Below are positions 8,212 to 17,719 of a DNA stretch of 47,660 nucleotides, piece by piece; within the stretch, counting starts at the first letter, position 1; each line of letters opens with the position of its first letter. Made by a program: the position numbers and the translations under genes. The DNA is taken from contig CAYUNI010000003.1 of the NCBI GenBank assembly GCA_964446245.1, forward strand, positions 1-47,660, read 5' to 3'. The notes under the pieces were generated by a model. It saw only the letters and a program-made list of their open reading frames with translations. It was not told where the DNA came from and did no database searches. The DNA comes from an uncultured Candidatus Saccharibacteria bacterium (GTDB taxonomy: Bacteria; Patescibacteriota; Minisyncoccia; Phycocordibacterales; XYD1-FULL-46-19).

Positions 8212-11200
8212 TTATTCTGGAAGTTCCCCTGGCCAACGATAATAAAGAATCGGCACAAGGATGAGAGTGAGAATTACCGCAAAGGCTAACCCAAACATAA
8301 TCGCATAGGCTAATGGTCCCCAGATATCACCTGCGTAGGAAAGAGGCACCATACCAATAACAGTGGTTATCGTTGTGAGGAGAATTGGTCGCAGGCGGAC
8401 AACGCTAGCCTCGATTACCAATTCTTTCATAGGGCGTTCGGGATATCGCCGACGAGCTAGATTCATTGAGTCAATTAAGATGATGATATGGTTGATGATA
8501 ATTCCCGTAAGTGCAATAAAACCTAAGAGTGACGGGAAGCTTAATGCTTGACGAGATATGGCTAGGCCCGTAAAAACGCCAATGAGAGATAACGGGACGA
8601 TAATAATTAAATAGAGAGCATAACGGATAGAGTTGAATTCTAGAATTAGAATAGCAAAGATTAAAAGCAAGCCAATAATTAAGGCGATAAACATTTCACT
8701 GAAGGTTTTGTTTATGTCCTCATTTTCTCCACCAACTAATAGACGAACCCCGTCGGGAAGTTTTTCTTTAGCGATTTCTGATTGAAACTTTTTGATGATT
8801 TCGCCAGAAGTCGTCCTTTCATCTACTTGAGAAGTCACTTTTACTATTCGTTCTCGGTTCTCATGCTCGATTGTGCTATTGCTTTTTTTAATCGAGATAT
8901 CTACTACTGAACCCAATAAAATTGTTCCCCTGGGAGTGATGATGGGGATTTGTTTAATTGAATCAAGATTAGTCTTGGTGATGTCCTCTAGGGTTAGATA
9001 ATTAGGATTAAGAGCGGTTTTAAGATTAATATCGATATCTTCGTCCTGAATCCGTAGCGAGGAAGCTTTTAATCCATAGACCGAACCTCGTAATGTTTGA
9101 GCGATACTGGCTGAATTTAGGCCAAAAAGGCTGGCTTTTGCTTGATCGAGGGTCAAAACAAAGTCAGGCAGATCATCTTTGGTGGAGCTATCGACTTCTC
9201 TGGTCCCGGGAATATTTTTAAGGATATTTTCTGCTTTTGCTGCGATTTGATTTAGGAGCCCTAAATCTTCACCGGCAAATTTGATTTCAACCGGAGCGCC
9301 AGTTGGTGGTCCATTATTTGGTTGCAAGACGCGGACAGTGGCGTTGGTGATATTGGCGGTTTTTTCTCTTAACCCCTCGACTATTTCTGTGCTAGTTTGA
9401 GTCCGATTCTTTTTTAGATTGATTGTGATATTGGCGTAGCGAGAACCGCTCTGATTATCGCCTGTACCACTAAAATTAGAGCCTGAACCAATTGTGGTGA
9501 TAAAGGATTCTATCTGCCGGTTTTCATACAACATTTCTTCGATTGTCCGAGTGGCCAAGTCGGTTTCCATCAAGGGCGTGCCTTGATTTTTTTCGATATC
9601 GATATAGATAAAATCAGCATCGGCTTGAGAAAAGAAAACAACTTTGACTAAGCCAACGACAGGAAAAAGTAAGCTGACAAAGAAAGCCAGACCGATTCCC
9701 CACAAGAAGCGTTTTTGAAATTGATTATTGTCGAGTATCTTCCCCATTTGTCGACGATACCATTCTTGAAATAAGCGAGTGTAGGTTTCTTGTTTTTCCA
9801 CTAAATGATTGATACTGCTTCGTTTGAAGGTTTTGGTTGCAATCAGAGGGATTAAAGCCAAAGCGACAAAGATTGAGGCGAGCAAAACAGCAATAAGGGT
9901 GAAAGGAATACTCGCGATAAATTTACCAGTGATTCCTGAGAGGAAAAATAGCGGAACAAAAACGGCAATCGAAGTCATGGTGCCGGCGATCAATGGCCAA
10001 CCGTATTCTTGAAGAGTTTCGTGGGCGGCTTGTTGCCCAGTTTTATTTTCAGTCCACCGGGTATGAATAGATTCGACGACAACAATTCCAGAATCAACCA
10101 AAATACCCACTGCCAAGATGAGTGAGAAAAGGCTAATAAAATTGATAGTATTTCCAGAGTAATATAAACCGATAAACGAAATTAAAAAAGATAACGGTAT
10201 AGATAAAGCGGCAACTAAAGCCTCCCTCCAGCCTAGAGTTAAGAAAAGAATTATAACTACCAAAAAGATAGTTTCTAGACCACTTCGAACAAGTTTTAAT
10301 AAATCATCTTTAACTTGTTTGGAGCTGTCAAAAGAATATAAAATTTCAGCCCCTTTTAAAATCCCCGATTTTTGCATCTCGGTTAAACGTTTTTTTATTG
10401 AAGAAGAAACTTGAGTGATGCTTTCGCCACTTTTTTTGTAAATCGATATTGCGATTGATTGCTTGGCTGGTGTGCCGTTTTGACTAAAACGAGACAAAGA
10501 GCTTGCCATTTCGACCCCTTCAGCAATAGTGCCTAAATCACGGAGGTAAATTGGCTCACCGTTTTTGTTGGTGATAGCAATATCACCAATAGTACTGGGA
10601 TTGGCGATCTCCCCTTCAAACTTAAGAGCATAATCTATGTTATTTGTTGTAATATTGCCGATTGGCATTGAGACATTGCTTCCAGCAATAGCGGCGACAA
10701 TTTCTCCTAAGCGTAAGCCGTAATTTTGCAGACGGCTTTGGTTTAAAATAATCTGGATTTCTTTGTTTCGCGCGCCACTTATCTCTGCTTTGGAAACTCC
10801 GGGCATCGCCTTTAGTTCATCACGCACCTTTTTCGCTAAAGAGGAAAATTCTGAAGCGGGTAAATCCGAAGCAATCGAAGCAATAAACATCGGCTGATCG
10901 GCAAAATTTATTTCTAAAACAGTCGGCTCATTGGCTTCGGCGGGCAATTCGTTTTTAATTTTATCCACTTCATCTTTTAAGTTGCGCAATGATTTTTCTA
11001 AGTCGGCTTGAGCAGTAAATTCTACGGTCACTATTGACGCGCCTTCTCTAGAGATAGAAGTGATTTTATTTAGATCGGTTAGATTATTAAGGCCGTCTTC
11101 TATTTTGTTGGTGACCAATTTTTCTACATCTTGAGCGTTGCTACCAGGAAGTATTGTCATCACAATTCCAACGGGAATCTTCACCTCAGGGGCTGATTCT

Positions 11201-11304
11201 TTGGGAATTAAAACCGCAGCAGTCAAGCCAAGGCCGGTAATCGCTAAAAGTAATAGATAAGTAAATTGTCTTTTGCGGAGAAAAAATTCGAAAAATTTAA
11301 TCAT
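8212..11304 (-). CDS. RND superfamily efflux permease (AcrB/AcrD/AcrF family)
   Basis: 1030 aa. 12-TM architecture with two large extracytoplasmic loops, and AcrB-like N-terminus (FFLRKRQFTYLLLLAI..). Confidence 0.9.
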   Translation of the reverse strand: MIKFFEFFLRKRQFTYLLLLAITGLGLTAAVLIPKESAPEVKIPVGIVMTILPGSNAQDVEKLVTNKIEDGLNNLTDLNKITSISREGASIVTVEFTAQADLEKSLRNLKDEVDKIKNELPAEANEPTVLEINFADQPMFIASIASDLPASEFSSLAKKVRDELKAMPGVSKAEISGARNKEIQIILNQSRLQNYGLRLGEIVAAIAGSNVSMPIGNITTNNIDYALKFEGEIANPSTIGDIAITNKNGEPIYLRDLGTIAEGVEMASSLSRFSQNGTPAKQSIAISIYKKSGESITQVSSSIKKRLTEMQKSGILKGAEILYSFDSSKQVKDDLLKLVRSGLETIFLVVIILFLTLGWREALVAALSIPLSFLISFIGLYYSGNTINFISLFSLILAVGILVDSGIVVVESIHTRWTENKTGQQAAHETLQEYGWPLIAGTMTSIAVFVPLFFLSGITGKFIASIPFTLIAVLLASIFVALALIPLIATKTFKRSSINHLVEKQETYTRLFQEWYRRQMGKILDNNQFQKRFLWGIGLAFFVSLLFPVVGLVKVVFFSQADADFIYIDIEKNQGTPLMETDLATRTIEEMLYENRQIESFITTIGSGSNFSGTGDNQSGSRYANITINLKKNRTQTSTEIVEGLREKTANITNATVRVLQPNNGPPTGAPVEIKFAGEDLGLLNQIAAKAENILKNIPGTREVDSSTKDDLPDFVLTLDQAKASLFGLNSASIAQTLRGSVYGLKASSLRIQDEDIDINLKTALNPNYLTLEDITKTNLDSIKQIPIITPRGTILLGSVVDISIKKSNSTIEHENRERIVKVTSQVDERTTSGEIIKKFQSEIAKEKLPDGVRLLVGGENEDINKTFSEMFIALIIGLLLIFAILILEFNSIRYALYLIIIVPLSLIGVFTGLAISRQALSFPSLLGFIALTGIIINHIIILIDSMNLARRRYPERPMKELVIEASVVRLRPILLTTITTVIGMVPLSYAGDIWGPLAYAIMFGLAFAVILTLILVPILYYRWPGELPE

Positions 11305-11306
11305 AA

Positions 11307-12893
11307 TTATTGTTTAATTTTAACTTTTTCCCCTTCTTTTAGGCCTCGCGCATCAAGGACAATTTCCTCGCTACCGATTAGCCCTTGGCTGATTGTTATT
11401 TTGTCTCCCAAGATAAGGCCAGTGATTACAGGAAGAGCTTTAAGAGTATTGTCTGGTTTAACAATAAAAACAGACATCCGGTTCGGTTCTACTTTTAGGG
11501 CCGACAAAGGAATAATAATTTGGGTTGGTTTAGCAAACTTTTCTTCACTTAAATTGCGTCGGATTTTGATATTTATTGACTGGCCATTGATCAGATTTAT
11601 TTTATTGTCAGTAATGGCAATCTTGACATTAATTTTTTTAGTTTGACTATCGAGCGCCGGCGCAATATTGATTACCGTCCCCGCTTCTTGGTTGTCGATT
11701 AAAACACGATTGCCTACTGAAATATTAGGTTGGTCATCTTCAGTAATTGCAGTTTCAATTTGGAGATTAGAATTATTAGAAATTATCGCAACAGGTTGGT
11801 ACATTGAAACAAAATCTCCTCGCTTAAGGTTGAAATTATTCAGAGTCCCCGCTATCGGTGATTTGATGATTGTTTTGTTGTAGTTGGTCTGGGCGACATA
11901 TAGACCAGCTCGTGCTTGCTCTAGATTGGCTTCATTGATCGAAGGGAGGTCAGTGTCGGCTTGAGAGGTTGTTTTTTGGCCAAGATAGGCATTATAGGAA
12001 CCAGTGAGGGTAGAATAGGCACCAGCTAGAGCCGTTCGTGCCCCAGCGAGAGTAGCTTTATAGCCATCTACGGTTGGTGCATAGCGAGCCTCTAAAATTT
12101 GGAAACTATTGACCGAAATCGACATTTTGTCGAGCAAACTACGGATTTGTTCTAGGCGGGCTTTGCTTTTTTCGACCAGATTGGCTTGATCCGTTTGAGA
12201 GTTAAGATTAGTGATTTCTTTTTGCCATTCAGTCATCATCTTTTCGATTTGTAATCGATCGGTATTCATTTGATATTGTAGTTCGCCATCACGGGCAGAT
12301 AAAAAGACTGTAGTGTTAGAGTCGATAATAGAGATTCCGAAAGTTGGTCCAGCCGAACGACCATCACGGAAAAAAGTGTCGATTTTGTTGTGAACGATAT
12401 CATCGGCTGAGGAAAAGGTTGAGCGAAGAGCGCTGGCGAGCGAGGTCTGGGCTTCATTGAGATTTATGGCACCACTTCGAAGTTGGGCTTCAGCTTGGGC
12501 GACGACTGCTTTAGCTTGGAGAAGCCCTGCTTTTTGGGCAGAATTTTCTAATTCAGCAATGACTGTCCCTGCTTCTACTAATTCCCCCTCCTCATGGTAG
12601 ACAGCGGTCACTTGACCTTGAGCTTCGGCTCGGAGCTCAATTTCGTTTCGAGAACTGACCTGACCGATCAAGGGCAGATCACTTTTCCCGCCAGATAAAT
12701 TAGCGATTGAAGCAATAGTCACTTCTCTTGGTTTTCGGTCAGCTTCGGTGATCAGAGTATCGCGCGATCCCCACCAATACAGACCGCCAATGACAATGAG
12801 GATTAAAGAAAAAGTGATAAAACGACCTCTTTTGCTAGAAAGGGCTATTTGATGAAATCTTTGCCAATTAATTTTGAGCTTTTCAGTATTCAT
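11307..12893 (-). CDS. Efflux RND periplasmic adaptor (membrane fusion protein, HlyD family), unusually long
   Basis: 528 aa. N-terminal TM anchor, lipoyl-like segments (VTAVYHEEGELVEAGTVIAELE; IKSPIAGTLNNFNLKRGDFV), and a very long alpha-helical hairpin. Sits 2 nt upstream of the RND gene. Confidence 0.8.
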   Translation of the reverse strand: MNTEKLKINWQRFHQIALSSKRGRFITFSLILIVIGGLYWWGSRDTLITEADRKPREVTIASIANLSGGKSDLPLIGQVSSRNEIELRAEAQGQVTAVYHEEGELVEAGTVIAELENSAQKAGLLQAKAVVAQAEAQLRSGAINLNEAQTSLASALRSTFSSADDIVHNKIDTFFRDGRSAGPTFGISIIDSNTTVFLSARDGELQYQMNTDRLQIEKMMTEWQKEITNLNSQTDQANLVEKSKARLEQIRSLLDKMSISVNSFQILEARYAPTVDGYKATLAGARTALAGAYSTLTGSYNAYLGQKTTSQADTDLPSINEANLEQARAGLYVAQTNYNKTIIKSPIAGTLNNFNLKRGDFVSMYQPVAIISNNSNLQIETAITEDDQPNISVGNRVLIDNQEAGTVINIAPALDSQTKKINVKIAITDNKINLINGQSINIKIRRNLSEEKFAKPTQIIIPLSALKVEPNRMSVFIVKPDNTLKALPVITGLILGDKITISQGLIGSEEIVLDARGLKEGEKVKIKQ

Positions 12894-12897
12894 ATTA

Positions 12898-13320
12898 TTA
12901 ATTTGTTTGATAATTGGTGATTATTTTAGTTAAAATTTTTTCCAGGTTTTTCTGTTCGGCTAGGTCTAAACAGGAGATAACTTGTTGCAAGTGTTTGGCA
13001 ATTTTCGCTCCTTCTTTTACCATCAATATCCGTCCTTTTGGTGTAATTGTCAAACGGACAATTCGTCTATCGCGCGAATCAATTTTTCTTTTTACGGCAG
13101 ACGTTTTAGAAAATAAATTGACGATAGAGGTGGCGGATGGGGCGGAAATTGCTAAAAAATCAGCCAATTCTTTCATTGTTGGCTCTTTTTCAGCAATAAA
13201 ATCGAGGGCGGCTAGTCGGAGTACCACAAAAGGATCATGTTTGCCAGATTGGGTAGTGCAGTGCCCGCGCATTATTCGACCGATGGTGAAAAATTGTGTG
13301 ACGATTTTATTTAAAGCCAT
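12898..13320 (-). CDS. MarR family transcriptional regulator
   Basis: 140 aa. Winged-HTH pattern (TMKELADFLAISAPSATSIVNLF...DRRIVRLTITPKG). First gene of the efflux operon. Confidence 0.85.
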   Translation of the reverse strand: MALNKIVTQFFTIGRIMRGHCTTQSGKHDPFVVLRLAALDFIAEKEPTMKELADFLAISAPSATSIVNLFSKTSAVKRKIDSRDRRIVRLTITPKGRILMVKEGAKIAKHLQQVISCLDLAEQKNLEKILTKIITNYQTN

Positions 13321-13372
13321 AATTAAAATTAGATCTTGATAAAAAATATGAGCATTGATCTTATCAATATCT

Positions 13373-13403
13373 ATTAGACTATCTAATAGTTAGATAGTCT
13401 AAT
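13373..13403. promoter_or_regulatory. Candidate MarR operator (inverted repeat)
   Basis: attagactatctaa-tag-ttagatagtctaat. 14-bp perfect arms with a 3-bp spacer, 53-83 nt upstream of the marR ATG. Confidence 0.45.
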
Positions 13404-13497
13404 AATATTCTATCCAGCCTTTGGTGTCAATTAGTCTTTTAGGGAGGTTTTTCGTGCTTTGCTACAAAAATCTCCCTTCTTATATCCCGATAGGCCC

Positions 13498-13537
13498 CTA
13501 TACACAATTTATAACGATCGTTATAAATTGTGTATAG
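13498..13537. repeat. 40-bp perfect palindrome, copy 2 of the two-copy intergenic element
   Basis: ctatacacaatttataacga|tcgttataaattgtgtatag, with the same CGATCG centre as 4213-4256. Upstream blocks (ggtg..aattagt, agggaR, aaaaaYYtcccttc, cccc) are shared too. Confidence 0.9.
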
Positions 13538-13601
13538 TGACACAGACAGGCAAGAAAAGGAACTGGGGGATAGAAAGGGTTTGGTGGTAATCTAATAACT
13601 T

Positions 13602-14564
13602 CTATCCTCCGATAACATGTTTTATAAATTGGCTTAAATTAGACCCGATGCTTTTAAGGCCGTGTACAAAAGAACTTTGAGGCATTAAACCAGGCAGGCT
13701 GTTAACTTCAAGAAGGTAAATCCCCCTAGGTGTAAGGCGAAAATCAGCTCGAGAGTATTGATCTAGGCCAAGAGATTGGTGTGCCAAAACTGCTAATCGG
13801 CTGAGCTCGGTTTTTGTTTCCTCAGATAGATCATGGGGCTGGCTGAAAAGTTTATCCCCTATCTCGTATTTGTGGTCGTAATGATAGGCTTTGGGCCCTG
13901 AGCCCGCAAGAATAATTTCTAATGAGGGTAGAGTATAAAAATCCTTCTGCCTAAAATCGCGAATTACTCCTACCGTCATTTCTCGTCCTCGGAGGTATTC
14001 TTCAGCTAAGATTTGCTCATTGTGTTGACCGGCAAGTTTAATTGCTGAGATTAGCTCGGGGAAATTGCGCGCTAGACTCAAGCCGATCGATGACCCATTA
14101 CTTGCGGGTTTGATAACCCAAGGTGGAGGGAGATGATAGAAAATCCGCTTGGCAAAATTTTCAAGATTTTCATCAGGAGTGTTGTAGATACCATAGGGGG
14201 TCCGTATCCCAGCCGATTGAAAGATTTCTTTAGCGCGGATTTTATTCATTGCTAAAGCGCCCGCCAGTGGAGAATGGCTATTGTGTTTGATTAATAGGCG
14301 ATCAAGCTCTCGGGCAACTTGCCCATCTTCTCCATAGTGCCCGTGCAAAGCATTAAAGATGAAGTCAACTTTTTGAGTAAGGGCACTCTTACGAACTGGC
14401 AACCCTTGATAATGCCAAGTGCCATCTTTAGTTATAAGCAAATCAACGTCTTCATATTGGTCGGAGTTTCGAAGACAATCTAAAACCGCGGCTCCGGTTT
14501 GGAGTGAAGGTTCATATTCTGGGCTTGGTCCGCCCCTCAAGACGCCAATCCGCAACTTGGACAT
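13602..14564 (-). CDS. ddl: D-alanine--D-alanine ligase
   Basis: 320 aa. N-terminal GGPSPEYEPS, LHGHYGEDGQV, ATP-grasp core, C-terminal LLEVNSLPGL. Confidence 0.9.
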   Translation of the reverse strand: MSKLRIGVLRGGPSPEYEPSLQTGAAVLDCLRNSDQYEDVDLLITKDGTWHYQGLPVRKSALTQKVDFIFNALHGHYGEDGQVARELDRLLIKHNSHSPLAGALAMNKIRAKEIFQSAGIRTPYGIYNTPDENLENFAKRIFYHLPPPWVIKPASNGSSIGLSLARNFPELISAIKLAGQHNEQILAEEYLRGREMTVGVIRDFRQKDFYTLPSLEIILAGSGPKAYHYDHKYEIGDKLFSQPHDLSEETKTELSRLAVLAHQSLGLDQYSRADFRLTPRGIYLLEVNSLPGLMPQSSFVHGLKSIGSNLSQFIKHVIGG

Positions 14565-14583
14565 AGTTTCTAATATTTATAAA

Positions 14584-14961
14584 TTATTTCAAAATTTCAC
14601 CAATTTTAACCACAACATCATCAAGGGTAAAATTAGCCTTGATTAAAAAGTCTTTTACTCCTAAACTTTGAGCTTTTTCGATATCTTCTTTTTGCCCTAA
14701 ATTGGAAAAAACGATTACGGGAAGTTTCTTGGTCGAATCATTTTCTCGAAGGCCAGCTAAGACTTCAAAGCCGTTTTTACCCGGAAGTAAAAGATCTAAA
14801 AGCAATATATCTGGTTCTTCTTTGGTGATTTTGGTGAGAGCCGATTCACCATCGATTGCTACTGCCACTTCATATCCTTCTTGCTCTAGGCGTTTGGCCG
14901 TCAGCGAGCGTAAAAACTCATCATCTTCGACTATAAAAACTTTTTTATTTTTTTCAGCCAT
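14584..14961 (-). CDS. Response regulator, receiver domain only (CheY-like)
   Basis: 125 aa. DD pair (VEDDEF), phospho-acceptor D in ILLLDLLLPG, and conserved T/K (VIVFSNL, KDFLIK). No output domain. Confidence 0.9.
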   Translation of the reverse strand: MAEKNKKVFIVEDDEFLRSLTAKRLEQEGYEVAVAIDGESALTKITKEEPDILLLDLLLPGKNGFEVLAGLRENDSTKKLPVIVFSNLGQKEDIEKAQSLGVKDFLIKANFTLDDVVVKIGEILK

Positions 14962-15002
14962 ATTTTTAAAATTATCCTAATACCTTATGTTTTAATTATA
15001 AC

Positions 15003-16475
15003 CTAGTTTTGATTTAGGGGCAAAGTTAAATAAAAGTCTGTCCCCTTGCCCTCAAAAGAATCAAACCAAAGTGTGCCATGGTGTTTCTCGACTATTTCTT
15101 TGGCAATATAAAGCCCTAGACCACTACCATCTGGTTCCATTCTGACCGCATTCCCCGCTCGAAAGAATTTTTGAAATATTTTCTTTTGATCTCGTTCGGT
15201 GATGCCAATTCCGGTATCACTTATTTTAAGAATTAATTGGGGGCGACTGGTATTGAGTCGACTATCGTCAACATTGATGGAGACATTCCCATTTTCTGGA
15301 GTATATTTAATTGCATTGTCTACTAAATTTTCTAGAGCCATTCTTAATTTATCCTTATCGATTTCAATGATTGGCAAATGGGTGACCGGCAATTTGATTG
15401 AAAAGGTTATTTTTTTACTTTGAGCTTGATTGGCAAATTCAAATTTAACAGTTTCGAGAAGTTCGACAAGATTAGCTTTTTGGAAAACATACTTATCTTT
15501 TGCTGATTCGACAAAATCGATATTTAATAGCTCATTGACGATCTTAATCATTCGTTCGGCGCTATCGGCTCCTTTTTTGACAAATTCTTTTTGCTCGGAA
15601 TTAAGGGGGCCAAGACCTTCACCGGAAAGAAGATTAAAAGTCCATTTGATAGCCGCTAGCGGGGTGCGAAGTTGGTGAGTGGTCACTGAAACGAACTTAG
15701 TCTTGGCTTCCTCGAGTTGTTTGAGACGGCTATTGGCTGAAGTAAGCTCAAATTCTTTAGCGGAAAGAGCACGGGTGGTTTCCGCTAGGTCGTGGTTTAA
15801 TTTCTCTAGATTACGGACTTGAGCTTCTTTATTGATTGATTCATGGGCTAACAATTCCCCCCGCTCTTTTAAAAGTTTGGAAATATAAGAAGAGAAAACT
15901 CCAATAATTAGGTAAACAATGCTGATGTTTAAGGTTTTGACGACAGAAAGAGGTAGTACTTGTTTGGGATCGGATAAGTGACCCAAAAAAGAAGCGAGAT
16001 TTGAAAAAAGGGTTGGCTCTAAAATTAAGGTGGCGGTGCCGATTATCAAGCTAGAGCAAATTGCTACAATAATTGGACCCCAGAAACGAAATAAGACAGC
16101 AGCTTCGACGATTGGAATGAAAAACATAATTGGAACAATGCTCTCAGCGCCTCCTTCGCCAATTAAACCTCCAGATAAAATAAAAATAGTCGAAAAGACT
16201 GATAGTTCGGTAGAAATTTGCAGTAAACTTAAAAAATTTAAATTTTTATTTTTGAAATTAGAAAAATCGGCGAGTTTGAGATAAGTTTGAAAAAGCAGGT
16301 TGATCGTTATCATTGAAATAGCAAGAATCGCTATCATCCCACCTCGAAGACTGCCAAGGCCGACATTGTTTAACTGAGCGATTAGTCCAATCAACAAAAT
16401 CCCCGGTAAGTAAAACCAGCGAAAAGCGACGATCCAGCGATTGGCTTCCCAGTGGGAACGATCGAGTTCGTTCAT
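15003..16475 (-). CDS. Membrane sensor histidine kinase
   Basis: 490 aa. About 6 N-terminal TM helices, a coiled coil, H-box TTHQLRTPL, and HATPase N/G boxes (LVDNAIKYT, DTGIGI, GSGLGL). Confidence 0.9.
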   Translation of the reverse strand: MNELDRSHWEANRWIVAFRWFYLPGILLIGLIAQLNNVGLGSLRGGMIAILAISMITINLLFQTYLKLADFSNFKNKNLNFLSLLQISTELSVFSTIFILSGGLIGEGGAESIVPIMFFIPIVEAAVLFRFWGPIIVAICSSLIIGTATLILEPTLFSNLASFLGHLSDPKQVLPLSVVKTLNISIVYLIIGVFSSYISKLLKERGELLAHESINKEAQVRNLEKLNHDLAETTRALSAKEFELTSANSRLKQLEEAKTKFVSVTTHQLRTPLAAIKWTFNLLSGEGLGPLNSEQKEFVKKGADSAERMIKIVNELLNIDFVESAKDKYVFQKANLVELLETVKFEFANQAQSKKITFSIKLPVTHLPIIEIDKDKLRMALENLVDNAIKYTPENGNVSINVDDSRLNTSRPQLILKISDTGIGITERDQKKIFQKFFRAGNAVRMEPDGSGLGLYIAKEIVEKHHGTLWFDSFEGKGTDFYLTLPLNQN

Positions 16476-16478
16476 TGA

Positions 16479-17714
16479 CTAAATTATAGCACCCTCGCGT
16501 TGTTTTTTCCTGTGGAAAGATATTGCTAAACGATGAGCTTCAGCGTTGGTGGTGATAATCGCTTGTCGGTGGTCGGCAATTATTTTAGAATCCCCTGCTA
16601 AATGGGAAGCTTTATGATTTTGGTCTTTAGTCACGGCAACTATGGGTATTTGGGGGAATATTTTTAAGGCGACCTGGCGCTGGCGTTCATCACCATCGAC
16701 AATGATTAAGTCGGGAATGGGCCATTCGGAATGATTTTTTCGGCGAATAAGTATTTCTTCCAAAGCTTTAGGATCGTTTATTTCTCCCCTAGCTAGGGTT
16801 TTTATTTTAAAAAGACGATTAGATTTTTTTTCTATTTCACCGTCGTTCCAGACCGCAAGCGCTCCGACAATGTTTTGACCAGCCAAATGGGCGACATCAT
16901 AAGCTTCGAATCTTAATCTGTGGGTTTGGATTTCGGCAAAAGAACGCCCTAAAAAAGCCACATCATTGATGTGCTTAAGAGCCAGCCAGCTCCGCTTTAT
17001 TTTTTGGGCTTGTTCAAATTTTTCAGCTTGGGCCAATTTTTTCATTTCTTTCTCCAGCGAATTCAGTAATTTTGTCTTTTGCCCATTAAAAAATAAATCA
17101 AGGTGTTTTATTATTTGAGAGTATTCTTTGGGTTTAATTTTGCCGAAACAAACTCCCGGACAAAGCCCAAGCTGATAGTTAAAACAGGGGCGACATTTTT
17201 TAATTTTTTCGGAATAAAAACAGGGAGTACACTTGTCGCGAAAAGGAAATATCCGACGAATAATTTTAAGTGCTTCACGAAGATCTTGGCCACTAGGAAA
17301 AGGGCCATAGGAATATTTAATAGAGATTTCTTTTTTTTGAGGGCCAAATAATTCTCGACCACGCACTAGTAGTACTCGAGGAAAAATTTCTTTGGTGATG
17401 ACCACAAAAAAATAACTTTTATCGTCTTTTTCGCGGGCATTATATTTAGGCTGGTGTTTTTTGATTAGCGCTGATTCCAAAATTAATGCTTCGAGCGCTG
17501 AATCGGTCTCTTGCCAACTGATTTTAGTAGCTTCGGTGAGCATTTTGGTCAAGCGTGGACCGCGAGTAAGGAGCAAATCTGGACCAAAATAAGATTTTAT
17601 CCGGTCGTGCAAAGAGGTGGCCTTACCAATGTATAAAATCGTCTGATTTTTAAAGAAAAAATAGACCCCAGATTTGTTTGGTAATTTGTATTTTTTAAGA
17701 TCAGCTTTAACCAT
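16479..17714 (-). CDS. uvrC: Excinuclease ABC subunit C, short form lacking the C-terminal (HhH)2 domain
   Basis: 411 aa versus about 600 typical. GIY-YIG (GVYFFF..ILYIGKATSLHDRIKSYF), Cys-rich segment, UVR motif (EKEMKKLAQAEKFEQAQKIK), and an RNase H-like endonuclease domain (EAYDVAHLAG). The protein ends right after that domain. Confidence 0.85.
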   Translation of the reverse strand: MVKADLKKYKLPNKSGVYFFFKNQTILYIGKATSLHDRIKSYFGPDLLLTRGPRLTKMLTEATKISWQETDSALEALILESALIKKHQPKYNAREKDDKSYFFVVITKEIFPRVLLVRGRELFGPQKKEISIKYSYGPFPSGQDLREALKIIRRIFPFRDKCTPCFYSEKIKKCRPCFNYQLGLCPGVCFGKIKPKEYSQIIKHLDLFFNGQKTKLLNSLEKEMKKLAQAEKFEQAQKIKRSWLALKHINDVAFLGRSFAEIQTHRLRFEAYDVAHLAGQNIVGALAVWNDGEIEKKSNRLFKIKTLARGEINDPKALEEILIRRKNHSEWPIPDLIIVDGDERQRQVALKIFPQIPIVAVTKDQNHKASHLAGDSKIIADHRQAIITTNAEAHRLAISFHRKKQREGAII

Positions 17715-17719
17715 TATTT

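Noticed and set aside
12914-13339. 141-aa plus-strand ORF, plus many similar ORFs in the track (for example 11266-11646, 24609-24974, 26637-27026, 31031-31357, 45768-46343, 44803-45111).
   Set aside because: These are antisense shadow ORFs lying fully inside genes with strong family signatures on the other strand. They have no start context and low-complexity, odd composition.
13498-13537. The palindrome arms contain ACACAAT / ATTGTGT, which resemble NrdR-box half-sites. A dif/Xer site was also considered.
   Set aside because: NrdR boxes are 16-bp palindromes with adjacent half-sites, occurring in tandem upstream of nrd genes. Here the halves are 18 bp apart and no nrd gene is nearby. The sequence also does not fit the 11-6-11 dif architecture.
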